From: Chrysomallon squamiferum
Taxonomy: Eukaryota > Animalia > Mollusca
Assembly: GCA_012295275.1 (NCBI GenBank)
Contig: CM022665.1
Coordinates: 14,012,001 to 14,076,000, forward strand
Reading direction: 5' to 3'
DNA: 64,000 bases
Shown: piece by piece, positions 1 to 13,199 of the stretch
Layout: every line of letters begins with the position of its first letter
Numbering within the stretch: position 1 is the first letter of the stretch
The notes under the pieces: generated by a model
What the model was told of the DNA's origin: nothing
What the model saw: only the letters and a program-made list of their open reading frames with translations
Databases searched by the model: none
Translations under genes and position numbers: made by a program

Positions 1-475
1 AGAAAAGGGAACTTTTTAACACATGCCATCTTTATTTTTATCTTAACAAAGCAGAAACATTATGTGTAAAGTGAAAAGAAGAAAATTTATCTTAGGAAGA
101 TTGGAAATGGACTGAGTATGCACATGCTGAAAATGTATCAGTTTCATTATCTTTGCTATGTAATCTTGTGTGTGCCTTACTCGTGAATCTGTTCAAAGAA
201 TTTTTATTTTTGTCAGCAACCTAAATTTCTGTTCTGCATGGAGCTTGGCAAGTAAAGTATGGATCAACATTAATGCTACTGTATGTACAATTAAAGCATG
301 CTGCAAATTGTGATAAAATCATAACTGGTATTAAACACACTGTAAAGTGCAAACTGTGTTTGATTTAAACTAATTTAAGGTTTACTAAAAATGACTGTAC
401 ATGTACATGACTTAAGGTTCAGATAATGTGATTACATGTGGTATAAACATAATATATAATTATATATGTATCTAT

Positions 476-2439
476 GGGCCATTCCATGTCAAATCACCCC
501 CAAAAAAAGAAAATTTAAACCCGACCGTCTCAGATTTTTATGAAACTTGGTACACTTGTTGACTGGGATCCCACAGCACCAAATCGGATCAGTGGTATGG
601 GAGATATGGCCCACCGAATTTTGAGATTTTTGGCAAAAATGGGCGTGACCACCAACCTTAGAACCCTCATATCTCAGGAACTACTGGGCCAGTCTTCATA
701 AAATTGGTATTGTTGAAAAGGCAATATGTCAAGGATTCCAAATCTGCCATTTTTGTTCAGTTTGGAAAATATTGGAGTACATTGACCTATTGACCTTTGC
801 TATGACTGTGTGAATCACATGACCTTGAGATGACCTTTACTGAAATGTAATCTCCCACATGTTAACTAAAACATAAAAAAGTTTCCTGGGTGTAATATTT
901 TTTGTTTAGCCACAATATAGATTTAAAAAATGCACATACATGAAAATAACACCTTTTTAGCCATTAACATCTGATTAACTAAAACCTGAATGATCAATTC
1001 TGGATGCTAAGAATCACCATCTTTCTTGATCATCGAGTAAGACATTGTATGCCTACATGTATGAATAAAGTTCACATAAATTTGAGAGAACTAGGTGTTT
1101 CTGATGACAGAATAGAATTCAAATCAAAGTCCTTTTCTGGGGAAACAACAACCAACAGTTTGTCTGGCAATATATTATCAAATTCTCCCATTGTAATACC
1201 ACCCATACTAAAGCCATCCTCTGCAGGGGTTTGGACCTTTGAAGGCTAATCAGACAGTCACAGCACAACTTGTCTCCTGGCACTAGTGTCTTTGGAGGAT
1301 TTACTAAGCAATTGTAAGTGCCCATGCTAACAATTCTTAAAGATCTAGTGCATGCTTGCTCAGGGTGGCGATTAAGGGGATCACAACACTTTTTCCACAA
1401 TGTTGAAAATTCGATTAAAACTTCTTGTTCATGATGTGAACAGATACTCTTGATGTCCCGTGTTTTGATCCTACTTCGAAGAGTGAGGAGTTCGACTTCC
1501 TCAGTTTTCCATACACTTCGCAACAACTCCTTTTTGATATGATGGTGTTGATAACATACATTTTCAGGAGAGTTAAAGCTGCAGTTAGCCCTGGAAGAAA
1601 TAAGGATTTTCAGTATTGGCCTACACCTTCAATTCAAAGTCAGTGCTTTCCTAAATATCAAATCAAATCCTGAAACCCTTTCAGTAAAGTTAAGCAGGTC
1701 ATAAAATGGCAGCAGAGTACATGTGTTATTGCCAAAGGCCCACAAGTCTTGGGCATTTATGTCAATCTTCTCGAGTATAAATTTCAGTTTATTAAGGTGA
1801 AGGTAGATCTTGTTCATACATTATGCAGTACATCACTTGATGTCTTACTCGATGATCAAGAGAGATGGTGATCCCTAGCATCCAGAATTGATCATTCAGG
1901 TTTTAGTTAATCAGATGTTAATGGCTGAAAAGGTGTTATTTTCATGTATGTGCATTTTTTATATCTATATTGTGGCTAAACAAAAAATATTACACCCAGG
2001 AAACTTTTATATGTTTTAGTTAACATGTGGGAGATTAAATTTCAATAAAGGTCATCTCAAGATCACGTGATCCACACGGTCAATTTCAAGGTCATAGCAA
2101 AGGTCAAAAGGTCAAGATACTCCAATATTTTCCAAACTAAACAAAAATGGCAGATTTGGTATCCTTGTCATTTTGCCTTTCTAACAATACCAATTTTATG
2201 AAGATTGGCCCAGTAGTTCCTGAAATATGAGGGTTCTAAGGTTGGTGGTCACACCCATTTTTGGCAAAAATCTCAAAATTTGGTGGGCCGTATCTCCCAC
2301 ACCACTGGTCTGATTGAGCTAAAATTTCAGATTTGGTGCTGTGGGATCCCAGTCAACAAGTATACCAAGTTTCATAAAAATCTGAGACGGTCGGGTTTAA
2401 ATTTCTTTTTTTTTGGGGTGATTTGACACGGAATGACCC
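476..2439 (-). mobile_element. Non-autonomous (internally deleted) DNA transposon with very long TIRs, Sola2-like
   Basis: Left arm 476-1045 (GGGCCATTCCATGTCAAATCACCCC...) is the reverse complement of right arm 1840-2439 (...GGGGTGATTTGACACGGAATGACCC). The left arm lacks two segments (about 18 and 12 bp). TAT flanks both ends (CTAT/CTAT if C2439 is counted as TSD). GRG termini, long TIRs and a Cys/His-rich internal ORF fit Sola2. Confidence 0.85.
1119..1590 (-). pseudogene. N-terminal Cys/His-rich fragment of a Sola2-type transposase; no catalytic domain
   Basis: Frame open from a splice-acceptor-like TTTCTTCCAG (AG at 1592-1591): ANCSFNSPENVCYQHHH...ELLTLRS...ICSHHEQ...KKCCDPLNRH...LRIVS...LVPGDKLCCDC. 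It resembles recalled Sola2 transposase N-termini and lies between the TIRs. Confidence 0.6.
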
Positions 2440-2829
2440 TATACTATTAAAACATGAATGACATATGACAGATTAACATCCATTAACAATGTAAACATTG
2501 ATGTAACCTTTTATCTTTTCATAAAAAAACAAATTTACTAAAGCATACAAACATGCTTAACTGTATATACAAGTTGGTCCATATTCACAGAAAAAGTATC
2601 TACTGTAGATTTCAATCATAATTTAGCATATGTGATATTATGTAATGTTAATAACAATTTAACAAAGTTGAATATGAGTAACAGGTTATGTTTTAAGAAA
2701 TATAAATTACCCATACTTATCCACACATACCCAAACAAAACACACCCACAAAATCAAGAGTTTTTGACAGAGCACTCCATATTTTATATGGTAGTTCTCA
2801 TGAACAGGAAAGCATATACCATTTTCGGA

Positions 2830-3463
2830 GCTACTTTGGTGTGTTATCTATGTGTCCTGAAACTACTTTGACATATGTCATCTACAACTTGAAGGGCGAT
2901 CTACAGCAAAAAATATATTTAGTGAAATTTCAATAAGATAAGAGGCAGATCTTAAAATCCTTAAAGATTAATACATATTTAAGAACATCACATCCAGCCA
3001 AATTTCATTTCTGATTAGGTACACAATTTTTTATTCATTCCAGCAAATAGCCAGCATACTCGAATTTAAATGGTCTAAATTTCCAGTACTTAAGCAATTC
3101 AAAAAACCTGGTTGGATTTGAAAATTCATGTTTTGATAAAGATGAGAGGAATGAACCAAAGAACCTTCCAATCACACTTTGATTATTTCTGTTGGTTATA
3201 TATGAGGAAGAATGCTGAAGATCTTTTTCTTGCGTTTCTAGCAAATGTTCACTCAATTCATTGATAAAATTATTCAAATTTGAATACTTTTTTTAGCCCT
3301 TGTTCCTATAAATTATAAATATATAATAAAGGAAAATTTGTTTAACTTATGCCGTGAATAATAATAATAAAAAACCCAAGAATAAACAAAATAATAATTA
3401 AAAAGCGAATATATCACACACCAAAGTAGAATTTGCTCGGTGTAGATCACATGCCAAAGTAGC
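2830..3463. repeat. Degenerate inverted repeat built from paired ~20-bp motifs (MITE/foldback remnant)
   Basis: CTACTTTGG(T/C)(G/A)TGT(G/T)ATCTA-like motif occurs twice on + (2831, 2863) and twice on - (3462, 3429), spaced 32-33 bp. Confidence 0.5.
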
Positions 3464-4420
3464 ACCCCAGTTTCTTTGATAAAACAGTTGTGGAGCTCTG
3501 ACTGTATTACTTTCTATTTCATAAATAATTAACTTATTAACAATATTGTGGTCTCAGTTATTTGAAGGAATATTTCTCGGATGCTAACTTTGAATTTGAT
3601 TAACAGAAGTTTTGAGTTTTTCACTTTTATTTCAGTTTCTTTTTCTTTCTTTTTTTTTCTTCAGAAAATTATTTTTCAAAATTAAAAAAAAATATAATAA
3701 TAATAAAGAGAGAAAGAAAAAGAAAAAATATGCTAGACTATGCAGAATGCAAAAATTAAAACAAATGTGACAGACCGGGGACCCACATTTCTTTGATACT
3801 GAGGTTACAAGGTAGTATTACTATTAAAATACAGTTGTCTTGATCATTTGAGCGGTGTTCAACTTTCTAAACACTATAAGATCTAATGCACAGACATTAA
3901 ATTAATTTTACCTTTAGTTTAGAAACAACTTCTCCACCTTGAAATCAATTCTGCCAGTGGACCAGCACAGTAACATTTGACCTTTCACTGGAAACTGGTG
4001 CTTGCTTACATTAGAAATAAGAAAGCGCATTCATTTTCTAAACATCGGTTGATCATTGATCGGTAGATTTCACATCATTCGCTGGTTTTCGATTATTTCC
4101 GTTATGCTTTGTCATTACTAATGACCTAGATTATAAACGAGACTGTGCAATCAATGCTATTTCTTTGGGCGGCCATGACCAGTTTGCTACTACTTCCTAA
4201 TAGGGCAAAACTACAAAATAAACGAACCCAATAATCATAGTAAATATTATGAAATATTTATTTTTTCATTAACTTTATTATTTCTTGTCCGATTTAAAAA
4301 AATTCAGATTCCGTACAGACAAGAGAACGTAATCCAACTAACAACCATAATATTCAAAGCAACATGATACAAAATTATTGTTTTTAACATGTAAAGAAAG
4401 TATGGGTTGCATCTGTCAAC

Positions 4421-4488
<68 letters not shown>
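4421..4488. repeat. Perfect 68-bp palindromic microsatellite (AAT)11-AT-(ATT)11
   Basis: Counted directly from the sequence. Confidence 0.9.
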
Positions 4489-4491
<3 letters not shown>

Positions 4492-4988
4492 CATAAGAAC
4501 AACTTTGATTGCATGAGAAATGTCTATATATTAGATTAGATAGTACATGCTATACAAAAACAGATTGAATAATCAGTTAATCAGTTATTATTTAATTTAT
4601 TATTATTGTTTTTTTTGGGGGGGGTTGTTTGTTTGTTGTTTCATTTTTTCTTAAGAAATAAAAAAAGTACATACGAAATTTGATAAGGAAAATTAATCTT
4701 TGACTTTGGTATGTATTTACGTTTTAAATTCTTGTGCATTTTATTGGAGATTTTTGTCTTTCTGTTAATCTCCATCAACACAAAATAGAATTATTTCCAT
4801 TCGACCATAAATTTATGAAGTCGATATAGAGGTATATATTTTATTCCCCTAGAGTATTTTGTGATGTTCAAAGATAAATACGATATATTGTTTTACATCA
4901 CAACAATGAAGAATAATTTAAAATATCTGTTTCTTTTCTTTCTTTCATTTTTTTTCTTTCTATTATTATTATTTTATTTATCATTAAT

Positions 4989-4989
<1 letters not shown>

Positions 4990-5046
<57 letters not shown>
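4990..5046. repeat. (TA)n microsatellite
   Basis: Uninterrupted TA dinucleotide run. Confidence 0.95.
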
Positions 5047-5051
<5 letters not shown>

Positions 5052-5368
5052 TTATTGATTTTTATTACTATTGAATTTTAATTAAATATTTTTTATTGTA
5101 TTTATTATTTATTTTATTTCATTTCATTTTTTTTTTTTTTTTTTTTTTTTTTAATTATTATTATTTTAACATGCTTTCTTTTTTTTCTTTTTTAAAATAT
5201 TGATTGCTTTCTGCCCTAACAGGAAGTTACTACGATTTCGGACCCAATGTGCTGTTTATAGTCTTGATCACAAACATTTAAGAGGTTTTATTCGTCGTAA
5301 ACCGGTTGATTAAAAAAACAAAACAAAAATAAAAACAGTGCAGAGACCCAGTCGAAATCAAATAGAAC

Positions 5369-8300
5369 ATGGCGACATCGAATTTCTTTCAGGAACCAAG
5401 TCCTCTGTGGAGAAATGGCCCACAGCCTGGAACTTTCAACAGTCTTAGTCTTACAACAAACGTTGCCACAAAACGAACAATGTTAGTTTTTAAATATTTT
5501 ACAAATGTGTTCATTGTTTTAAAGGTTTCGTTACGGGAATGCCGTTTCTTATTCCATGTCAACACTGTGACACAGCATTATTTCAAACTAGTTTTAATAC
5601 ATCGTCATAATCATTGATTCATTATTATCATGTTATGTCGAATGTAAAAATATATATTTGCATATGTTAATTAAAGTAATACATATATGATCAATGACCG
5701 TACAAGTTATAATACTAAGCCGAAGCATATTAATTTGAACGCCGATACTTATAATTAATCTCACCAGAATTAGCTATGTCTATCATTGATGACTGACTCA
5801 GTAACTGTTAACTTAAATATTTTCAGAAGTATAAAATAAAATGAGCATTTATTTTTTCATTTTGCAAATTAAACCACCCAAAAGGAATTGATTTCATACA
5901 ATATTTTAGTGAAATACAAAATAAGATATAGTTCAGTCTGTTTAAAATATAATTCATCACTTAAACTTATTTGGGCGAAATTGAGTGAACTCATACTCAG
6001 CTGGTATAAATCAAGCTTTGATTCTGATCGTAAGGTATGATATTGCTTTCACTGGCATTGAGAGTTTGTTATTACCCAAGAGTTTGATTTCTTTTGTCCA
6101 ATAGCAGCTGCTCCAAGATACAGAACAGCAAACTGCTATTGATGTCTTGAACATTCAAATGATGGTACCTGTTCTCCAAGTCATTGTTTGTACAAATCAG
6201 CAGCATGAATACATACCAAGAGGCCAGTGACCAGATCAAACTGTCCATCCACATTGACTTGATGTAGGCAGCTAGCTGGTTCATCTTCTCATTATCTTGC
6301 ATTTCTATTGTAGTTTTTCAAAGTCAGGATGATGTGTTCTTCTGGCAGGAATGGCAGCTCAAGAAGCTTTTGGATTAAGTTGTATGTTTCTTCTCATTGA
6401 TTATATGTGACCTGCAGTCCAAGCTGCTTGGGACCAGTAGAAGGCACAATCTCTCATTGTGACATCAGAGAAGACACATGTGACAGCTTTCCACATGGCA
6501 CTCTCAAAGTTGGCCAGTCACTGTAACTGACTATTGACAGCATGCATTTCATACTCTTGAAACACTTTTTGTAATCCCACTTTGTCTTCCTTGTCATCAG
6601 CATGAAAGTTAGTGCTGCCTGTTTCACCTGTCCTTCACTGTTGTTGAGAAGGGCATGGACTGAGAACAGCTGACTGAATGACTTTTTCATGACTTGGAAT
6701 GTTCTATCAATATACCACAATTTGGCATGTCCCAGCATCTGAAATTGATGCTCAGTGAAGTCACATGTCACAGGTTCCACTAAAGCATCCTGTTGGCTAT
6801 CTTCTTCTTTATGGTGAAACTGTAGCTTTCATTATCAATAAGTATTGGTTTCCTTCTCTTAGTGGCACCTTCAGCTGTGGGCCCTGCGTGGATTGAGCTA
6901 TATCATTTACACTTGGCTCTTCCATGATATCTTCTAGTGTAGGCACTGGCACACAGATTTATGTTGATGCGTTAAAGGAATTGATGGCATCTGCAGGGAG
7001 TTCTATTGAAAGTTGCATACTTTAGAGGGCTTGCTTTATCTCGTTCTTTTTGATGTTGTCCCTTTCGTTAACATGAACCCCTTAATTCACAATGACTGCT
7101 TATGCCAGTTTCTTGAATTGAGTTGTCATTAAAAAAAAATTCTATTTATTAGTGCCGCTCCCCCATTTCTGCTGGTTTTCAAAGGCCACATGTGGATAGG
7201 GCACTGCAATAACTGATGTTGCCTCGGCATTAAAGCTAGCAGACATACTGTGGTATTCTTCCTTAGACTAAAATAAAATTCATAATTTTAATACTGTTTT
7301 AATTGTCTAGTTAAACTATAGAGAGAGAACAAGTGCAAAATAAGCTTAACATTAAAAATAACAGTAAATAACTAGCAAATAATAATGTAGAAAAAAGCGA
7401 AAAAGGGGAATTTGATACATTTTAATACATTTTTGTATAAAAATAATGTTAGTGGCGTGGACCCTGGACTTTATGGATGTCTGTTTTTTGGATTTCGGGA
7501 AATCTGGACCAAATCTGGAAAAATCACAAAATTTGATCTTGTTCCCCATTTGAAACAGTACCTTCAGATACTATAAAGTTAGTCAGAGTCCCACAGTGCA
7601 ATCATGGCAATCTTCTCTCAACTCTTTCTACCAGGGTAAGAGTGAATATTACAGTTGCACTCGAGCCTATATTTTTCTGCTGTACATTTTTCTTTATATA
7701 CACCCACATGACATTTGTTTACATTGTTTTTATGTCTGTATATTGTTCCTACATTATTATATTACTGTTTTATATAGATGTTATGTGTACTAAAGTTTAA
7801 TGTTTCAGTAAATTTTTGGGTTAATGTTTACATTTGTGATTTTCCAGACCAGTGCTCCCTCCTGTTAGTTCAGTCGAGGGTCAGCAGTAATTAAGTTTAA
7901 TTATGCATTTTTTATTATTACTTTTATAAGAAATTATTATTTTTTAATGAACACAGGCAACCTGTAGTCACAGGATCATCTGTGTTGGGATTAACTTTCA
8001 ATGGTGGAGTTATAATTGCTGCAGATATGCTAGGATCTTATGGGTCTCTGGCAAGATTTCGCAATGTTTCCAGAGTGATGAAAGTCAATGACAAGACTAT
8101 CTTAGGATCTGGTGGAGATTTGGCAGATTTCAATTATATGAAGTCTATCATACAGCAACGGGTGTAAGTTTAAATGAAATAATCTTATTTGAAATAATAA
8201 CTTAGTACATTTATTAAATATTAGATAATTAAAAAGTAAGTAAAATATCAGTAATCTGAAATGTTTATAAAATTTTAGACACAAATAAACCTTTTCTTTA

Positions 8301-8830
8301 TATTATTTTTTTATATGTTTAATTATTGTTTGTTTTGTGAAAAATGTGATAAGATGTAAGTAGAAACCTAAGATATTATTTTTAGTTTACTAATTCTAGT
8401 ACTTAATATGTTAACTAATTTGTGTTAAAAAAAAAATGAAAAACTTTCGTAATAGATATTAATCAGAAACTTGATTTAAAATAGCAATGAAGATAAAATT
8501 TAAAAAGAACAAAAACATTCCAGCTAGGTGATGGGTACTGAATATTAAACTAAAGATGGTTCTGGATTAATTTATGCATTTCAGAAATTAAATATAAAAT
8601 GATGTTTTTTTCCAGAATTGATGAAGAATGTTTAGATGATGGATTTGGTTATACCCCACTGAGTTTACATTCATGGCTGACTCGCATCTTGTATAACCGG
8701 AGGAGTCAGTTGAATCCATTATGGAGCGTATATATTATTGGAGGTTTAGAAAATGGAATACCGTAAGTACTAATATGTGCCGTACTCCCACTGAAGTTAC
8801 CTAATTTTTATTTTTTTTTATTATTATTAT

Positions 8831-8868
<38 letters not shown>

Positions 8869-10762
8869 CAGTGATTATGTTAAACTGAAATTAAAAAATA
8901 CAAGTTTTAAGATGAAGAGGGATTCAGCTCTTTGTTTAAGATATAGGTTGATGTATGTTGATTCTCAGCATCATTTCTCATCACATTTTCCATTGTGCTA
9001 TTTTCCAATCTCACCTACATTTGTTTCATCGAAGGTTGTAGAGTTTGCTTTTCAATCATTCCAAATTACAAAATGAAATTACTTTCAAAGTCAGCAGCTG
9101 AAGATGCAGGTTGAACATACTGGGAGATCTATATAGTTCTTTTTATGTATTACTTTATACATTATATTCAGAAATAAGAATTTTCCTTAATTCCTTTTTA
9201 TGTAATTTTAATTTATATTTTTTTTCCAGATATCTTGGTTATGTTGACAAAATTGGCATTGCTTATGAATGTCCGTCTGTTGCCTCTGGTTATGGTGCAT
9301 ACATGGCCCAGGTAATTAAAAACTCATAGCAAAATTTTAAATCATCATACATTTAATTGTAATTCTGTTTCCATATATTATTATTATTGTATATTTGTAT
9401 GAGTATCAGTTGCAGGGTAGCTTTTAACTGCACAGTGGGCAATGTTTGTATGTTAATTATTATCAAATTTGAACCAGTAGCACTGACTTATCCTAAATCT
9501 GTAAGTGGCCCAAAGAGCAGAATATATATAAATTTAAGAAAACTGGTATTTTTGTCACTATTTTGGCCATTAAATTAATTTATAACAAGACATAAAGGCT
9601 AAAATATTGGTTTCTGTTATTTTCAGTTTTGTTCTTATTTAAATAATTATTTATTTTCTGTAATAAAAACTGTGGTCACAGTCTTGTATGAAATTTTAAA
9701 AGTTAAATGCTGTTTGCCATTAGCAGTGACATGCTTTTGATTCTTCTGATGTACATTTAAAAGTAGTCTGAAAAACTTCTTTGACTTTAACTCGTTTGTA
9801 GCCCATCATGAGAAATGAACTAGAGAAAAATCCTAATATGAATGAAACACAGGCAGAAGCACTGATAGACAGATGTATGAAACTTCTTTACTACAGAGAT
9901 GCAAGGTCATTAAACAAGGTAATCTCACATTTTATAATAGCTTGCATTTTCACTGGTGACTGCTGTTAAAATTAATGGCAAAATCTGTCATTTTAGATTT
10001 TTAAATTAAAAAAAATATATGTAATCATCTTGAAATTGTTTCATAGTGTAAATAAGTATTTGGAAAATTTTGCTGTTATTTTGGATTATATGCAATTTAT
10101 ACAAGATACAATATTTTAATTGGAATTCGTGTTTTTTAGTAATATTTAATGATATACTGAACTCAAATTATCAAAATAAAATTTCTGAATGGAATTTATT
10201 TTCTATCTGTATCTGATTCTTTTAGAATATTTACTATTCTCTTTTCTCTCCTTTTTTTTTTTTCCTTTTCTTCTAATAGTTCTATCTCAAATTGTTAAGG
10301 ACCTAAAAAAGAAAAGATTAAGATTTCATTACTTTAAAAAAATATATTTTCCCAATGGTAGAGACAAACAAAATCATATTTTTCAAAAATAATTTCAACT
10401 TGAACAACTTCAACTTGATATATTTTCTTAGGAAAAGAAAAAATAGAAATAAACTGGTATAAAGATGATTAATAAATATAGTTATTAATTTTTAATTTTT
10501 TTGTTTCAGTATGAAATAGTTATAGCTACCAAGGATGGAGTTAAAGTTAAAGGTCCAATCATTTCTGAAACCAACTGGGAAATAGCTCATCTTGTAAAGT
10601 AAGAAATCTTTCACGTATTTTCAGTTAGAAGTGGTAAAATTAAAATTGATATAAAATTTTAATTCATATTCTATAAATGTCTGTTCATTTTGTCACTTAC
10701 ATTTTATTTTCATCATAATATAATTTTGCATCTTATTTTTGTATTGTAGGGGATATGAATAG
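5369..10762 (+). CDS. PSMB4: Proteasome subunit beta type-4 (beta7), 7 exons, ~255 aa
   Basis: Exons 5369-5481, 7957-8163, 8616-8762, 9230-9311, 9802-9918, 10510-10598, 10750-10762 splice in frame. Peptides include [79 protein letters not shown] and [12 protein letters not shown]. Confidence 0.96.
5990..7562 (-). mobile_element. Decayed Mutator-like (MULE) transposase remnant in PSMB4 intron 1
   Basis: Broken minus-strand ORFs 6454-6780 (LWYIDRTF...FSQLFSVHA...[22 protein letters not shown]) and 6072-6302 ([10 protein letters not shown]...W...TNNDLE..HH.LN) match MULE DDE motifs (DGTF, TNN.xE). Frameshifts and stops are present. A terminus-like segment lies near 7450-7562; boundaries approximate. 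Confidence 0.8.
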
Positions 10763-11361
10763 GTGTGGAGACAATACAACATCTCATCTGGAATATTTCA
10801 AGAAGAAAAGTTTGTTTTTGAGAAATAACGAAGGACTAATGATTCATCATTACCATTTTCAATGATACTGTAAAGAAATAATTAAAAAAAAAAAATTTAA
10901 TGTTAAAATCATTTAAGATTAATGTACTTTGTTTTTAAGTTTCCTAGCATGTTAATTTACAATATTATCATAAAGAATCATAAAGTCTCAAAGAACTATT
11001 TTTTAAATTGTAACCTATAGTTTGAACTATTCTATGGGGGGGATAATTTGTCAGAGTGTTGAAACTATTTTTCAGTTCAATTTAGATTTCTTATTCACTA
11101 CCAACGTGAATGAAATATTTCACAGAACTAATAATAAGAGGGTTTTCTTTCAATATTTGAAAAGTAACCCAGCAGTTACATTTAAAAATGCTGTGCTCTG
11201 TGGATTCTACAAGAGGCCAGACTGTTTCCCTCTGTTTCCACTGCTTGAGCAAAATGAAATAATTTTTTTTTATAGAGTTCTGTAACTGCAACTTGAAAAT
11301 ATTTATCTAGTTGACATCATGTTTAGTTTTCATTTATTAAAAATATTCTTTTCTTTGGATG

Positions 11362-11400
11362 AATAAAATTGTTCAAAATGTGTCTTGAATATGTTGTTTC
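11362..11400 (+). terminator. Candidate PSMB4 polyadenylation signal
   Basis: AATAAA at 11362 followed by GT-rich TGTGTCTTGAATATGTTGTTTC, ~600 bp after the stop codon. Confidence 0.45.
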
Positions 11401-11503
11401 TTAAACTTTATTTTCTGTGCATGAAATTGCTGGTTTACATTAGAATTTTAAAAAAGAGTTAAATTAATACCCTTAAGTTCCAGATTGTATATCTGGACAT
11501 ATT

Positions 11504-12494
11504 GGGTCATTCCCACCACTCTTTCAGCTCGAGCTTGTTTAAAATTTTCCTTTAAAAATCTTATTAAATTCTGTATGTGCTCCTAAGAATGAAAAGTGTA
11601 TGATGGGCCATGCAAGGAATGTCCTGGTTATGAAGAGTTGGTTACAATGCCTTGATGACTGATGATAATATACCAGTGATGGATTGCTACTTAGAAAATA
11701 AAACTGACTGCTGTAATAAAATTAATTCACAGACAAATTTTCATTTTGGTTTTTAAAAATAAAAAACACCACAGCTTTACCACAAAAAAGTGCATACGTA
11801 AAGGATCTAAAATTATTATTAAAGCTGTCAGAAGAAACTGTTTTACCAAAAACTTCTTGTATGTTGAGCAAGAGAACACATAGATATATTCAGCTATGTC
11901 AGATGTGTTGTCATGTTCAGGCTCAGTTGTGATGACTGCCACAAAAGGAAGTTCAGCTGGATCACTCAGTTTATTTACAAAGAAATATGTTGGTGAAAGT
12001 TATAAAATTTATGAAACTGAAGAGCTCCTATAATGCTTGCTGAAATCTCAAATTAATTTCTTAAGTTTTGTGTTGAAGTTCTTCACAATTTCAGATGGGA
12101 CACTGAAGATACTGATTTATGGTTGTTATTTGTTGTAATGCATACACCTTTGGTATCAACTGTTTCTTCACAACCCTGATTATACAAATTTATTGATGTT
12201 TAAGTGTACATCATGAACATTAGGCAACAAACGTATGAGTGTGGCCTGCTTGTTGTACCAGTGAATTTTGGATATGTTACAGGTAGCATTTTGTAGTTGA
12301 ATTCTGACTCAAGATCATATAGGCCATAAGATCAAACAAAAGGTCAAATGACAATTTCATCAAAAACAAGATGTCAGAGTCTAAAGAGTGACAGTCTTGG
12401 GCTGATGATTTTACATCCAAATTACATAACAAACTTCAGGAAAATCAAAGATGGTGAGCTTAAACCCAGTGGGCAATTTCACATGGAAAGACCC
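11504..12494. mobile_element. Old, rearranged Sola2-like transposon remnant between PSMB4 and CSTF3
   Basis: Left end GGGTCATTCC at 11504. The right end reverse-complements to GGGTCTTTCCATGTGAAATTGCCC...TTTAAGCTCACCATCTTTGATTTTCCTGAAGTTTG, similar to the TIR at 476. Fragments: + strand VCAPKNEKCMMGH/KECPG...IIYQ*WIAT (~11570-11700); - strand HWYNKQATL (~12270-12240) and VITTEPEHD/YIYVFSCSTYK (~11940-11855). Confidence 0.6.
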
Positions 12495-13199
12495 AGTTTT
12501 CATGTATTTCAAGATGTAGTCTTTATTTGTCTTTCTCAGGGGAGTGACATGTTTGCAAACAAACAAATTACAACTACAAAATATCTATTTCAAAACAGTA
12601 AGAAATCCCTTACTGCTAATCTTTAGATTTATGTTATGCCTTGACTAGAATATTGAATTTTGAAACATTTTCTTTGCTATTTAGATACAAGCCAATCTAT
12701 TAAAAAATTATAATAGTTTATGACAGTAAAGACTGCTAATTTGCTAATTATGTATTCAGAACAGAAAACTTGGATTTATTAAAAATCGAAATGTTTTGGG
12801 GGGGGTTGTGTTTTTTTTAAATATTGAAAATAGTTTAGATAAATGAAATTTGGGCTACATATAGACATTTGCTGTATATCATGAATCATTTTAAATTTTT
12901 ACTATCAAAAACTATCACCATAGCTTTAAAAAAATAATAATAAAATAAAATACTAATGATTAAATAAAGATTCAAATATGTTGGTGAAACCTTTGTGAAA
13001 ATTATTAACTTCCAAAGGGTAAAGAAAGCTTTTAGAACAGAAATTCATGAACTGAGTTCGTATGTTTTAAACACTTGTACTATGAGAGTATGAAAATAAA
13101 AGGATTTAAAAAAAAAAAAAAAAAAAAAAAAATAATGTAATACTTTTTATTAATAATTTTTAAATTTTTCAGAAATAACAATAGCCCTGTTTCAGTGTT

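Noticed and set aside
3035-3277. 80-aa minus-strand ORF with an upstream acceptor-like site at 3306
   Set aside because: An in-frame stop lies between acceptor and ORF; no recognisable domain; it sits inside the inverted-repeat remnant.
4861-5058. ORF with YIYIYI repeats
   Set aside because: Translation of (TA)n and T-rich microsatellite.
5794-5803. TGACTCAGT in PSMB4 intron 1 as an Nrf/CncC antioxidant response element
   Set aside because: Lacks the GC end of the TGAnnnnGC consensus; a single short match is not significant.
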